DNA of 64,000 bases from Macrostomum hystrix. Its lineage: Eukaryota; Animalia; Platyhelminthes. A program made the translations under genes and the position numbers. Within the stretch, counting starts at the first letter, position 1; each line of letters starts with the position of its first letter. Of this stretch, positions 1-11,773 are shown in pieces. Under the pieces are notes generated by a model that worked only from the letters and a program-made list of their open reading frames with translations, was not told where the DNA came from and did not search any database. The stretch covers positions 9,858,001 to 9,922,000 of the forward strand of contig CATNEN010000039.1 of assembly GCA_950097015.1 (NCBI GenBank). Direction: 5' to 3'.

Positions 1-308
1 TCTATTTTAGTTTGCAAGGTTTCCGAGTCCTTTGCGGCTGCGAAATGAGTCGACTCACCGAGCAAGCACTGAGCGGCTGAGGTGCCTTGCCTGTCAACGA
101 ACACCAGCAGCTGATCGGGGCGCAGGCTGGTGGCAGCCAGTGCCACGCACTGCAGCAGATCGCTTCCCTGCCTCATAAAGGAGATGTTCAACTGACGCTC
201 ATAGCCACCGGACCAGCTGCTGGGTTGGACTTCATACAGCAATGCATCCGCTGCGGCTGAGTGTGCGATGCAAACAATTAGCAGCAGAAATTCAATTTGC
301 CTCTGCAT
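1..308 (-). CDS. 5' part of an unknown, probably secreted protein (runs off the window start)
   Basis: gccATG at 308 opens MQRQIEFLLLIVCIAHSAAADALLYEVQPSSWSGGYERQL..., stop-free to position 1. Signal-peptide-like hydrophobic N-terminus and GC-rich codon usage like the other genes. Confidence 0.55.
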   Translation of the reverse strand, partial: MQRQIEFLLLIVCIAHSAAADALLYEVQPSSWSGGYERQLNISFMRQGSDLLQCVALAATSLRPDQLLVFVDRQGTSAAQCLLGESTHFAAAKDSETLQTKI

Positions 309-951
309 GGCCAAGAGCTTTTTCACTCAGTGATGGGATGCAGTGAGAACTAAGTTATAATTTAACTTCCTCCTAGATAGTAACGGCACTTCCAAATCCA
401 GAGTTTGAAACTCAAATAGAAGCAGTTTTATTTAGCAGGTGCGTCTCTGCGACTGGCTATTGTGCGATGAGTCTCAGCTCTTCTAATTGGCGTTCAGGAA
501 TACAAAATGCCTAGTGCTCCTCAGGACCCACATTTTTTAACCCGGCTGCAATGAGAAACTATAGGTACTCAAAACATTTTTCACGTAGCTTATAGCTTCA
601 ATTAACTTGCCTCATTATTTGCGGAAGAGCTGCGCATGTCTCATATGGATTAACCATCATGCTTCCAGTTGTTTCCAAAGCAGTTTGGTATGATTTTTGC
701 TTGTGTCTATACAAAAGGCAATGCTTTCTTCCTCTTCTGCTTAGAAAGTTTTTGTCATAATCCACAAACTGGATTAGGGCCATCTGCTTCTACCGCAAAC
801 TGCCGCAGCTGTTGAGTCTATAGGCTGGAGTCCGAACCTCTTCTCTCTGAAAGTCAGGAGAAAGAGAGCGATGAAAGCATGTCTAGGAAGTTGTAAAGTA
901 AGGCAAGAAGGTCAGATACATGTGGTTTAACTAGAGATTTAATCATCAAAG

Positions 952-1664
952 CAGAGTTGGGCATCGTTAGAAATATTTTAACTTCGTCAAATTAATAACC
1001 GTTAATGAGATTAACGAGACTTAACTTAAACTTTCGCTAAAAAAAGAAAGAATTGACTTTCATCATTGATAAAAGTTTAATTTCTGTTGTTCTGAAACAG
1101 ACATCTTTCACAATTATTACACAGTTTCACTCGATTTATTACAGATATGCCTCATCCAGTACCATGCCAATGCCATCCACCGTAAAAAGAAGAATTTAAC
1201 AATTTAATTACACAATTCATAAGCAAATAACTGTTCATTAAATGTGTAATAGTGTGGCCGCGTTACATAGTTATTGCATTGTTTATCTTCATTCTTCAAC
1301 AAACAAGAGTGTCTTTTTGTTGTTTGTTGAAGAATGTTGTTGAACTACAAAAAGGAACTCTTGTTTTAGCTATTAAGTAATATTTTTTAATAATAACTCA
1401 CTTGCTCACTCTCATGCTTCTCTGATTGTCACAACTCTTTGTTTTACTTGTTACGCAATAACGATTTTCGTAATAGTAAAAGCAAATCCGGAAACAAGCT
1501 TCCCAGATTTACAAATTTCCTTGTGAAAGAAATTAATTACCGGACCATGAAATTTGACGAGTCGGTTGAATTAGAAAAACTTGAAGTTAACTTAAAAAGT
1601 TACTTATGTCCGTTTAAAGTTAAGAAAAAATTTGCTCTTATTAACGGACCAATGCCAAACACTG
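952..1664. mobile_element. Non-autonomous hAT-type DNA transposon (MITE)
   Basis: Imperfect TIRs CAGAGTTGGGCAT / ATGCCAAACACTG. Perfect 8-bp TSD CATCAAAG at 944-951 and 1665-1672. Confidence 0.8.
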
Positions 1665-2540
1665 CATCAAAGGCACTGTGAAAGAATAACTTGTACCTGA
1701 GTAAGTAAGGGCAGATGAACAAACCTGCGAGACTTTTCGTCATCGGTAACGTGTCTGTGCTCGTGCCTTTGTAATGTTTAAAGATCAGTAAAATGGGTAG
1801 AATTGCATTCTAGCTAGCTGAGGGTTGGCAGTCACTAGATTATGGTTCACCGGCCTACAGCCCCCTTACACCTGCGAATATTACTATGTTATTTGGTCGA
1901 ATACAATTGAGTAAGTTATCTTAATGAATATATATTTTTTATCGAAAAAACGCTGTCGTGCGAATACCCTCGTTGACCGCTGCCCATTGCTTGCATGTAA
2001 GTCAGCAACTATTTTAATGATTAGGATTTCGGAGACTTCAAACAAAACTTGGGGCCTTTTTAACGAACAAAACTTCAGTTCTAGAGTCGAATGCTTTCAC
2101 GTAGCTGTTGAGAAAAATCATTATCTTTTTTTTCTAAGCCCCCTTGATCGACGCGAGGTTTTTTTATAAGCGTAGCAACAAAAACTCGAGCCTACTCGCT
2201 TCTGCTTCAAGTCCATCGAGTGCTCATACCGATGAGCTCAGTGCATAAAACGGTGATTGAGATAACAGAGCAATTAACCTTCTCACTGCTGACCATTGCC
2301 GGTAAACAGAGCATGCATTTATTGCTGGACTTCAATACACTGAAAGGGCCATTCTCCATTGACATTGTATAATTTTGGGCGCCTACAAAAGTATTGCCAA
2401 TAGACAGTTAAAGCGTGGGCAGTTTAGCACAACACATATAGCAAGTCTTGGTCATATAGACATTTAAAAGCGTGCAACAGCAGGCCTGCATTGGAGTGGT
2501 TTTTATGGCTTCTACCAATGGTAGATTGCCTTAGCCTTGT

Positions 2541-2685
2541 AAGGCCAATAAAAACTACACACGCGCATTGATCTATGGCCTAAACGAGTCCTTGAATCAC
2601 ATCGCTCTTGTGCTTATACCAAACAGTAAAACTTCGTCTATGGCCAATTTTTGAAGATAACTATGAGTGTTACGCAATAATCGTA
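2541..2685. repeat. Dispersed repeat, second copy at about 54711-54846
   Basis: Shared blocks actacacacgcgcatt..tctatggcctaaacga..aaaacttcgtc.atggccaat.tttgaagataactatgag..acgcaataatcgt. Confidence 0.75.
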
Positions 2686-3126
2686 GACCCCAAAATTTGC
2701 ATCCAAAATGAGAACAATTGAGTATAAATGAGTTGAATGCTAGACATGCATACAAATGTTCGGTGCTTTTTGCCTGAGACAAAACATAAATTAAGCTCGT
2801 AAGAGTTGCGCGTATACTACGGCATTGAGTAAACTAGACAAAGTTAGACTTGGTCGAAAAGTATGCATTATAAGATGAGGCATTTGCAAGTCATTAAAAA
2901 AAACAAAGTGGCTGCGGAAATGTACAATCAGATCTCTCCGTTCTCAATTGTGCACAAAGCGAATAAAATCGAAATTGCATCAACTAGATCTAGCACTTAT
3001 ACATCCTGACTTGTCTAAACTGCTGCCCGGTATTGGAATGATAATTTTTTAAAAGGATAGGCAAAACGAACACAAAGTCCGATTGACAGGTTGTCTCAAA
3101 GTTTGATACAACTCAAAAGCTCAAGG

Positions 3127-4680
3127 TCAAGCGCGTCTTGGCTCCATCACCAGCCGGTACTCCTTGGGCGACGAGACCAGGCCATCGGAGTCCTGCATCA
3201 AGCTGGCCAGCTCTGTTGGTGAGGTATCGTCGGCTAGTCGGAACCGGAAGCGTCGTACCAGCTTGGCAACAACTAGTTGAATCATCGTCAAGGCCAGGCG
3301 TTTTCCTGGACAGAAGCGCGGTCCCACAGAAAATGGGTTTACTTGCTTCGACTCCTGAAATTCGCCGTCGGGGCGAGTCAGGAACCTGTAGGGGTTAAAT
3401 TCGTCAGGCGACTCGCCGAAGATGCTTGTGTTGCGATGCGCTTCGCGCAGGTTTGGAAACACCCAGGCTCCGGCCGGTACGCGGTAGCCCAAGACGGAAA
3501 TGTCTTTTTTGGCACGGTGATTGATAGCTGTTGGCAGAGGCGGATGGAAGCGCAGGACCTCGGTCACGAGAGCCAGCAGGCGATGAGGCTTCTCATTTGG
3601 TTGGTCATTGGAAAGCGATTCGGGCAGTTCAGAGAGCTCCTTGGCCACTTCCTCCTGGAATGCGCCGCCTTTGTAGGTTGCTAGGTAGAGAAAGATCCAC
3701 TTCAGGCAGCTCGAGGTTGAGTCAGTCGCGCCGATGAATATGTCAAAAATGGTCACTGCCAGGCTGCCTTCGCCTCTATTCTTCAGGTCAGCCAACTCTT
3801 GATCGTTGATAGCCGCTTCAACAAAAGAAGCTGACTCGCATCCGCTGTTCTCCTGACTGATCTGGAGGATCTGATCCTCAATGAAGCTCAGCAGCATCCG
3901 GATGCTGAGCTGGGCGTTGCGAGTCTTCTTGACCAGGTAAAATAGCAGGTTGGGAAAGGCCAGAAGGTAAGGTAGTAGCACAGCCGTTGAGAAGGTCGAG
4001 TAGATGTCCTTCTGCACTATTGTCTGCACGGCCTTCAGTCTGTCCGTGAACTCCTGATTGTCTGAGGCACGATGCCCGAAGATGATGCGGAACACAATGT
4101 TTGCGGTGACCTGAGTGAAGAGCTCGCTTGGAATCAGCTTCTCGCCACCCAGCTTGGCGACTCTCAGCTGCAGCTCCTCCTCCAGCACGGGCTCCAGCTC
4201 CGTTGGTTGGCAGCTCCGAATGAATCGGTGCACAAACTTGCGGTGCTTCTTCCAGGCTAAGCCCTCGCCCAGAGCCACTCCGTTACCGTTGAACAGCTTC
4301 TTCGACCACAGTCCCTGAGGCCTTCCGGACAGCTCTTCGTGATACTCCTCTAACGCGTGGATGGCCTCGAAGCTGTTCAGTGACACCCAGTACTGGCCGG
4401 CCAGCTGGAAGGCGAAGATCGCGCCGTACTGTCGCGTGCCCTGGGCCAGCCAGCGCCGGTAGGGCAGGCTGATGAACGGATAGGATCCGAGCATCGGCAG
4501 GCTCGGCGGTCCCGGCAGTCGTTTGCCAACGGCTGCAGCCGCGGCGCGTCGACGCAACGCGCTCCGATTGGCCGACAACAGAAAGCAGGACGTCAGCACA
4601 ATGAAAATTGAGACAAGGACTAGCTGAGTCCGCTCAACGAACAAATCCGCAGGATGTGCGCCAGAAAACAGCAGTTCCAT
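3127..4680 (-). CDS. Cytochrome P450, clan-2-like, intronless (517 aa)
   Basis: N-terminal membrane anchor, PGPPSLP hinge, WKKHR C-helix, I-helix GATDSTS, EVLR (ExxR), FNPYRF (PERF-like) and heme motif FSVGPRFCPG. Confidence 0.95.
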   Translation of the reverse strand: MELLFSGAHPADLFVERTQLVLVSIFIVLTSCFLLSANRSALRRRAAAAAVGKRLPGPPSLPMLGSYPFISLPYRRWLAQGTRQYGAIFAFQLAGQYWVSLNSFEAIHALEEYHEELSGRPQGLWSKKLFNGNGVALGEGLAWKKHRKFVHRFIRSCQPTELEPVLEEELQLRVAKLGGEKLIPSELFTQVTANIVFRIIFGHRASDNQEFTDRLKAVQTIVQKDIYSTFSTAVLLPYLLAFPNLLFYLVKKTRNAQLSIRMLLSFIEDQILQISQENSGCESASFVEAAINDQELADLKNRGEGSLAVTIFDIFIGATDSTSSCLKWIFLYLATYKGGAFQEEVAKELSELPESLSNDQPNEKPHRLLALVTEVLRFHPPLPTAINHRAKKDISVLGYRVPAGAWVFPNLREAHRNTSIFGESPDEFNPYRFLTRPDGEFQESKQVNPFSVGPRFCPGKRLALTMIQLVVAKLVRRFRFRLADDTSPTELASLMQDSDGLVSSPKEYRLVMEPRRA

Positions 4681-7600
4681 GATCGATTTCGTGAATGCTT
4701 GCTGCTCGGACCAGTATTACGTCTCCTATGTACTACTTTCACGCCGCTTAAAATCGTCTGACTGAGCTGTATTTATGCAGTTCTTTATCACAAATCTCGC
4801 ACGTGAGCAGGTGCGGCCAAGGGCTGTCATAGCGGCGTTTTATCGCTCGAAAGCATTTTGGTACACTAGCACCTGTGTCTGAAATTAAAAACAAAAGAAT
4901 GTTTTTGAATTCTTTATAAGCAACGAAAATAGAGTGTTGAAATCAATAATTTAATTGATTAATTCAAACCAAAATACTCGTACTATAAATATGTGTGGTT
5001 CTTTTTAGGTCTTCTAATAAAATATCATATCGTACACTTTGGTTCATATTAAATCCGGTATCATCACAAAATTTACATTTCTTTCTAAATTTTTCTTTGT
5101 CTAGGATAATTCTTTCTTTTTTTCCTTCTTTCAGATTCATCCATTTTCCAGTCAAAGTAAAAGAGATTGACAACATTGGAGAATTAAACTTTTAATGCCT
5201 AATTGCCTAATTACATTAGAAGTGACATCGGGGTAGATAAGATGCCATTATTTATAGACTTTCGGGGCAGGAAAGTCTCTATTAGTGCAACTGCACCAAT
5301 AGAATTCAAATAATTTTGTCATATCTGTCCGTCACAAACTACAGGTCAACTCTCGTAGTCTGACTGCAGTGAAGTATGATAAATCATTCTCTTGTTATTT
5401 TCTTCGTTCATGAGCACTGTTGCTAGGTCGGAGTCGAAGCACCCGCCGGTATTGGCACTGCACAATAAAGGCTACTCGTAATTTTAGATCAATGCCTTAA
5501 TTGGTCGGTATTTCGTAACCTTGGCAGGCTTGAGGTTGTCGTAGAAGACAGGTATATTATTAGAAGGTGCTTTGCAAATAATAAATATTATTCTATATTT
5601 GCGGAGGAAGGGGTTGTATCGTGCCTCTATCGTTGCCTCTATTTCGACAGTATAGCAGCGCAACACGCAAGAGGCAACATCACACTGCAGCCACACACAC
5701 ACACGGTGTGTACATCTGCCCTGCCTTTTTCATTTTAAGGCAGTGGTGTATAGGGCGTTGCACGAAAAGCCACCAACCCCCTCTATATACGGAAGCTGTG
5801 CCCTAAACGAATTTTATATCTGGAATACCGATCTCTAATACTTTCCCGCTATAGGTTGTCTATGAGAGAGTTGCACGGACAACTTTAATAGATGTAAATC
5901 TAGCTTAATTATGCGTACCAAATATGCTTCTTGTGTGTATTTTGTAATACCGGATTGCTGACTTCAAACTAAAGAATCATGCATGCATAACGGTTCTCAA
6001 GCCGGGCATGGCGATAGATATGATTAAAGTCATGAAATTAAAATTAAACTTAGTTAGATATCAACGAAGTTAGAAGTTAATTAGAAGCTATCTTCTAGTT
6101 AATAAGGTACAAACAGATAACGTATACCATGATTAGTGCACTCCAACTATAAAATTTCAGCTCTTACGACCAGACCTCAGTAGTGAGTGACAGCATTCCA
6201 TGATAATGTACGAGCAATAAATTACTCGCTGCTGCATAGCCATAATTAGTGCCGTTGCACGACGACAAAAAAACTTGCCATTTTTAAAGGGTCGCACCAA
6301 AAGTTTACTTAGACTATATTCTTAGACATACAGCTGTGTATTCTCAAGCACTCGGTTTTCAAAGGCACAATGAAGCAGCACACTTGGCTCAATATAATGT
6401 ATTTAACCGATCCGAACTTGACGAGTTTTGTTTATTTTCTGTTTCTATGTCTAATCATCCTGCAATATTGTACGAGCGAAGTGATAAAAAATAACATTAT
6501 AGGCACTTAGAACATTTTTGACTAAAATGTTCTATCGATTAGTCGTGGTATGGTGGTCTCACTTTATGAACGGTATATGCAGTAAAAAAGTATCGCTTTT
6601 TACGCCGAAGTTGTTGTTGTTAAGAGGTTTGGGTCTAAGACCCGCGGGTCAGCCCTGGGAGGGGCTCTTCCACTGTATATTTATTGGATACGATTGACGA
6701 AAAATATTTTACACGATAAAAAAAACGAATGGAAAATATTTTTTGGTATATTGAGTGCGCATGATTGGGATAAAAAATGGGTCCTCACAAAGATTAGGAC
6801 ATCAGGATAAAAGAGGAAATCTAAGACAAGCGCATAGTACATATGATCGAATTTGCAAAGCCTAGCCAACCCCCAAATTGGTTAGGGTATCGCATTTTCG
6901 CATTTGTAATTTAGCAGAAAGATTAGAGCTTATAGTAATTAGATTGATAGCTTTTGGCGCATCGCAAGGGGAGCAGCCTAGGTGAGCAAGGGGAGCAGCC
7001 TAGGTGCGCAAGGGGAGCAGACAAACACAAGCAATTTTAAGCGCCAAAAACTTGAAATAATTTAATTTACAAAAGAAAAGAAAGACTCTCCGATAAAACT
7101 ATTTTTTAAGTGAACAAATGATAGTTGTACCACAGTAAAATAACGTGCGAACTTTATCATTACCTTTTGACTAATACAAATCCAAAAGTTACATGAACCG
7201 TTACTTAAACATCTCGCCATATTGCCGGATGAAATATATATAATAATAAGTGTACAATTTTCGGACATATAAAACGACGTAGTTGTATTCCACTCAAGAT
7301 TACGTAAATTTATAATTCTGCTGGACATTAAAATCCGTTTGGTTATACTCACAAGCAAAAATATAAAAAAACTTTTTTCGTGCTGTGTGACTTTTGAATT
7401 GTTTTTCTCTTGTAAAGGTTCAAAGAAACTTCGTTTTTAAACTTTAGTAAGTCGCATTTACACTTTAGTAATACTTTGATATTCAATTTACATTAAAAAA
7501 CAATGAGAATATTTCCAATGCGATTTTCATATCTGTATTTTAAAAAAGATTAAAAAAGAAACACTCTCTAATCATTAAATCAATTTTTACTTCAGGTATT

Positions 7601-7969
7601 AAACTTACTGACAGATAAAAAAAATACTTCAACTAGGCCTAGCGGGCGCCGGGCGGCAAGGCTCCGTTAAGATGAGTCAAGCCTAATAAAGTATAGTTGG
7701 ATTGCTCTGCCATGTTTTAATTAAGCTCAAACTCAAAACGTTTACTTCATGTAATTATATAGGCCTAAGACAGTAGCTAGTAGAGCTGTAGAGAAATAAA
7801 TAATGAATAATAATTGATTACACATGCCCCAATTGGGCCAGATTTGCTGCGTGCAGCCAACAGTACAGCCGCAGCTTTTGCGTGGCACTTCTGACGATTG
7901 CATATGGCTGTTCAGTCCATGGAATGGGGACGCCACACCTACCCTCAATTACCCCAGCTAATACTAGTA

Positions 7970-8617
7970 GGGTAATGTATCATCAACCGAACAGTGTATC
8001 TTCAAAGCCGAACAAGAATTTTGACTTCTTCCTTCGTCTCGTGCAAGACAGAAACAAGCTATTGTGTTTCACAGAACAACTAATTTGAAAGTTGAAGAAA
8101 TTATCTACAAGCTGAGGCATGATGTGCAATGAAGCATTAAGAGGAAAGAAAGATATTAATGTTTCAGTAGAAATTTTTATTGCAAAAGACTACTTTTTAA
8201 CAACATTTTTTCAGTATGTACTTTAGACGAAGATTGTATGTGGTTGCTTGCCAATTAAATTACCATAAATGTAGTTATTTATAGAGCATGAAAAATGCAT
8301 TCAAATGACATAATTCATGATAGTTCACTCCTTAAAATGATTAACCACTCACTCAAATTGTAAAACCAAACATCAAATTCTCTGTTTGGTTTGAAGATAC
8401 ATGAAAATCATTGTTCAGTTTTAGATGAAAAAGCAGGAATAACTTTTTTCTATTTGATAAAATAGAAAAGCAGATACTTTTTAGAAAGAGGTAACTGTTT
8501 TCTATAACTTGGCTTTTTATTTATCATCATCAATCAAAATATAAAATATGTAGGCCCCCTAGCTTAGGTTCGAAGTTAAAAAGTACACATTCTTGTTTGG
8601 CTGATGATACATTACCC
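7970..8617. mobile_element. About 650-bp MITE, TIR GGGTAATGTATCATCA, TA target site (copy 1)
   Basis: TA-GGGTAATGTATCATCA ... TGATGATACATTACCC-TA. Near-identical inverted copy at 8944-9596. Confidence 0.85.
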
Positions 8618-8619
8618 TA

Positions 8620-8766
8620 CCCATTTAACAGCTGGGTGAACTGAAGCAATGCAGAATTAGGTGTCTTTCTTTTTTCTAAAGGAAAATAATTGCTCCAGTG
8701 GAGTCTCGAATCGAACCCCGACCTTCAAGTCATGAACCCGACACTCTAACAACTAGGCTACAACCT
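8620..8766 (-). mobile_element. Degenerate tRNA-derived SINE fragment (second family; related pieces near 46221-46420 on + and 48295-48366 on -)
   Basis: Minus strand reads GTAGCCTAGTTG (A-box-like) ... GGTTCGATTCG (B-box-like) followed by a non-tRNA body. Confidence 0.55.
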
Positions 8767-8943
8767 TGTAGAGAGAAGCAGTAGTTTATATATATAGGCC
8801 TAATCTAATAATAGCTTAAGCTTAAGCGCTCTGCTGATTTGTCGTTCTTTGTTGCAAACAAACATAAAAACTTTTAAGCTTTATAAGTAAAACATATTTA
8901 TACATTTGCCAAAATGTAATAATTTGTCTATAGGGCCTAGATA

Positions 8944-9596
8944 GGGTAATGTATCATCAATGAAACAAGAATGTGTATTTTTTAACTTCAAACCTGAGCT
9001 ACAGATTTTCTATTTAAGATATGATGATAAATCAAAAGCCAAATTATAGAAAACAGTTACATCTTTTTAAAAAGTAGGGCCTATCTGCTTTTGCTATTTT
9101 ATCAAATAGGCCTAGAAAAAAGTTATTCCTGCTTTTTATCTAAAACCAAACAATGATTTTCATGTATCTTCAAACCAAACAGAGAATTTGATGTTTGGTT
9201 TTACAATTTGAGTGAGTGGTTTAATCTTATTTTAAGGAGTGAGCTATCATGAATTATGTCATTTGAAAGCATTTTTCATGCTCTATAAATAACTATATTT
9301 ATGGTCATTTAATTGGCAAGCAACCATATACAATCTTCGTCTAAAGTACATACTAAAAAAATGTTGTTAAAAGTATGCTTTTGCAATAAAAATTTCTACT
9401 GAAACATTAATATCTTTCTTTCCTATTAATGCTTCATTGCATATCATGCCTCAGCTTGTAGATAATTTCTTCAACTTTCAAATTAGTTGTTCTGTGAAAC
9501 ACAATAGCTTGTTTCTGTCTTGCACGAGACGAAGGAAGAAGTCAAAATTCTTGTTCGGTTTTGAAGATACACTGTTCGGTTGATGATACATTACCC
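8944..9596. mobile_element. Same MITE, copy 2, inverted relative to copy 1
   Basis: Reverse complement of 7970-8617 over essentially its full length, with the same TIRs. Left flank TA, right flank TG. Confidence 0.85.
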
Positions 9597-11773
9597 TGGC
9601 CATAGGGTAAGCCATAGTTTTTAAAACAGCAAGGTTGTTGTCAGTTTTCATATATTTTTATTTAGCTTAGGCCTACTTTTGGCTGAGGTAGGCCCTAAAA
9701 GTTGATGCCAGTTATTAGATAAGCCCTTATGGGGTATTTGATTATCTTGAGGTGTCTCCCCTTTATTTATTCAACACAACTGGTAGGCCTTAACGGCTTA
9801 AGCCAATTTAAAAGGGCAGATACTGCCAGATAGTAATTTTTTTGAATTTGGGGCAGAAGACAATGACATATCCAATCTAAAGTAAAGACAGGCTTCCAAA
9901 ATAATACTTAAAATAAGCTTCCTAAAATATAAAAATAGTAGGGTTGTTGCCACCTTGGTCAAAAGGGTTGATTGTATTATGTTGTAAGATTTCTCTTGCT
10001 TTAGACCTTTTGGAGAATAATTAGCACCTGAAAAGTCAAGGCTTGAACTAAAAAAAGTTATATATTGACTATCTCCACACAGTGCTACAGAGACATAGTT
10101 CAATGTATTTAATAGTCTCAAAGAAATTTCTCTTTTCCAAAAGAGATTTTTCAAATGTTCTCAGGAATCAGTCCCATATCCACAACCACAAGATTTCCTG
10201 AGATATTAGCATAGGATACTTTTCTCTTATCTATTCTTTTGAAAAATTGATTTTAGTTTTTTTATTTTACTTGACTAATTAATTAAAACATTGTGTTTTC
10301 TGTAGTGTTGGTAACATCATTCATAGCAAAACTAATAAAGTTAGCCCTCTCTGAGAAGAAAAGCAGCTGTTCACTGTTGTCTTTAGCAAAAGAAAGCTTC
10401 TTTTTTAGACTACATGGTGTGGTAGAAACATGATATTTTACTATGTGGAATCACAGCAACAATATTGTCTAGTGGTGGCTGAATTAGCTAGGTGAAAAAT
10501 GCAATATACAATGAAAAGTAAACAACTGCTGAAAAGCAGTACAAATAATTGCCAGAATTGGCAAATGGCTTTGTAGTCCTATTTCAAATTGGAATGTATA
10601 AGATATCCAATATCTATTATATAATTTTTAAGTATAATATAAGTATCATACATTTGAGTTTGTGTTCACATACATGAGCAACACCTGGCCAGGTGAAACG
10701 AGGGCCAAGCAAGGTAAGTTGCAAAAACCAATCAACCAAGAGCAAAAAATCAAAGGGGGGACCAAGGGACAAAAAAGGAAGGCGTGAAGAAAAGGAAGAA
10801 GGGGAGAGAAAAAAAGAGCAAACTAAGTCGTAAATAGAGCAAAAACTAAGTCGCACGGCCAGCTAAGATTTAGGAGGTTGCGCATGTATGTGTGTTCAGG
10901 CAGCTTAAGCTGTTGTTTTAGTCATATCTAAGAATGGATCGACAAAATTGATTTTTTAGGGAATAATCTCAGTACAGAATATTGTGATCCTACAGGTATC
11001 TGAAAGCCTACAGATCAAGGTAGCTGCAACTCCCTAGGTCCTCAGTCAAGCACTGGCTATCCCAAAGGCAAAGACCCTAAGGAATGACAGAGATATAAGA
11101 GAACTCACCACACAGTGTGAAATTGATGGGATAGTCTAAGGTAACTTTGGCCAGATTAACTTATTGTGGTAAGAGGCTCAGTCATTGTAGCCTGTGGTCT
11201 GGGCCATAATCAGGTGCATTTATTATCAATGGCTGATAAGAACTGAGACAAAAAGATAACAAGGTGCACAGGGCCAGGTGAGATGTACTTATAGTAATCA
11301 GGACATCAGGGGTAGGCTGGGAATATCAATAAATATTAATTGGGGTATGTCAGGCTAACTGGTGGGACAGGGAACAAGAAAGAGATGAAAAAATGATTGG
11401 GCATGTGTGTGGGCTTTGTCACAGCGGAGTTGATTTGGACTAACCGATTTTGTATTTATAAATAATGCAACTTAAGATGTACTTAAGAACATAGTATTAA
11501 ATATTATGTTGGTATAATAATTGATATAAACCTAAAATGTCTAGTAATTTAATTATCATTGCACTAGCTAAGTATTAGATAAAGGAATATGATGTATCAG
11601 ATGTCAAAAAAAATTATTTTTTAATTATGCATAATAAATATGCTCATTCTAGAAATCTTTTGTCCTTAGAATAATTATAAACTACACACAATTTTTTTAT
11701 ATAAACAGTGACGCTGTCTTGTAAGCTTGCAAACGAAGCTTTGTTCTACTGTGTTGTCTTGTTTTCATTCCAG

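Noticed and set aside
3138-4318. Plus-strand ORFs overlapping the P450 (and similar antisense ORFs over other exons)
   Set aside because: Shadow ORFs of GC-rich coding sequence with no recognisable motifs.
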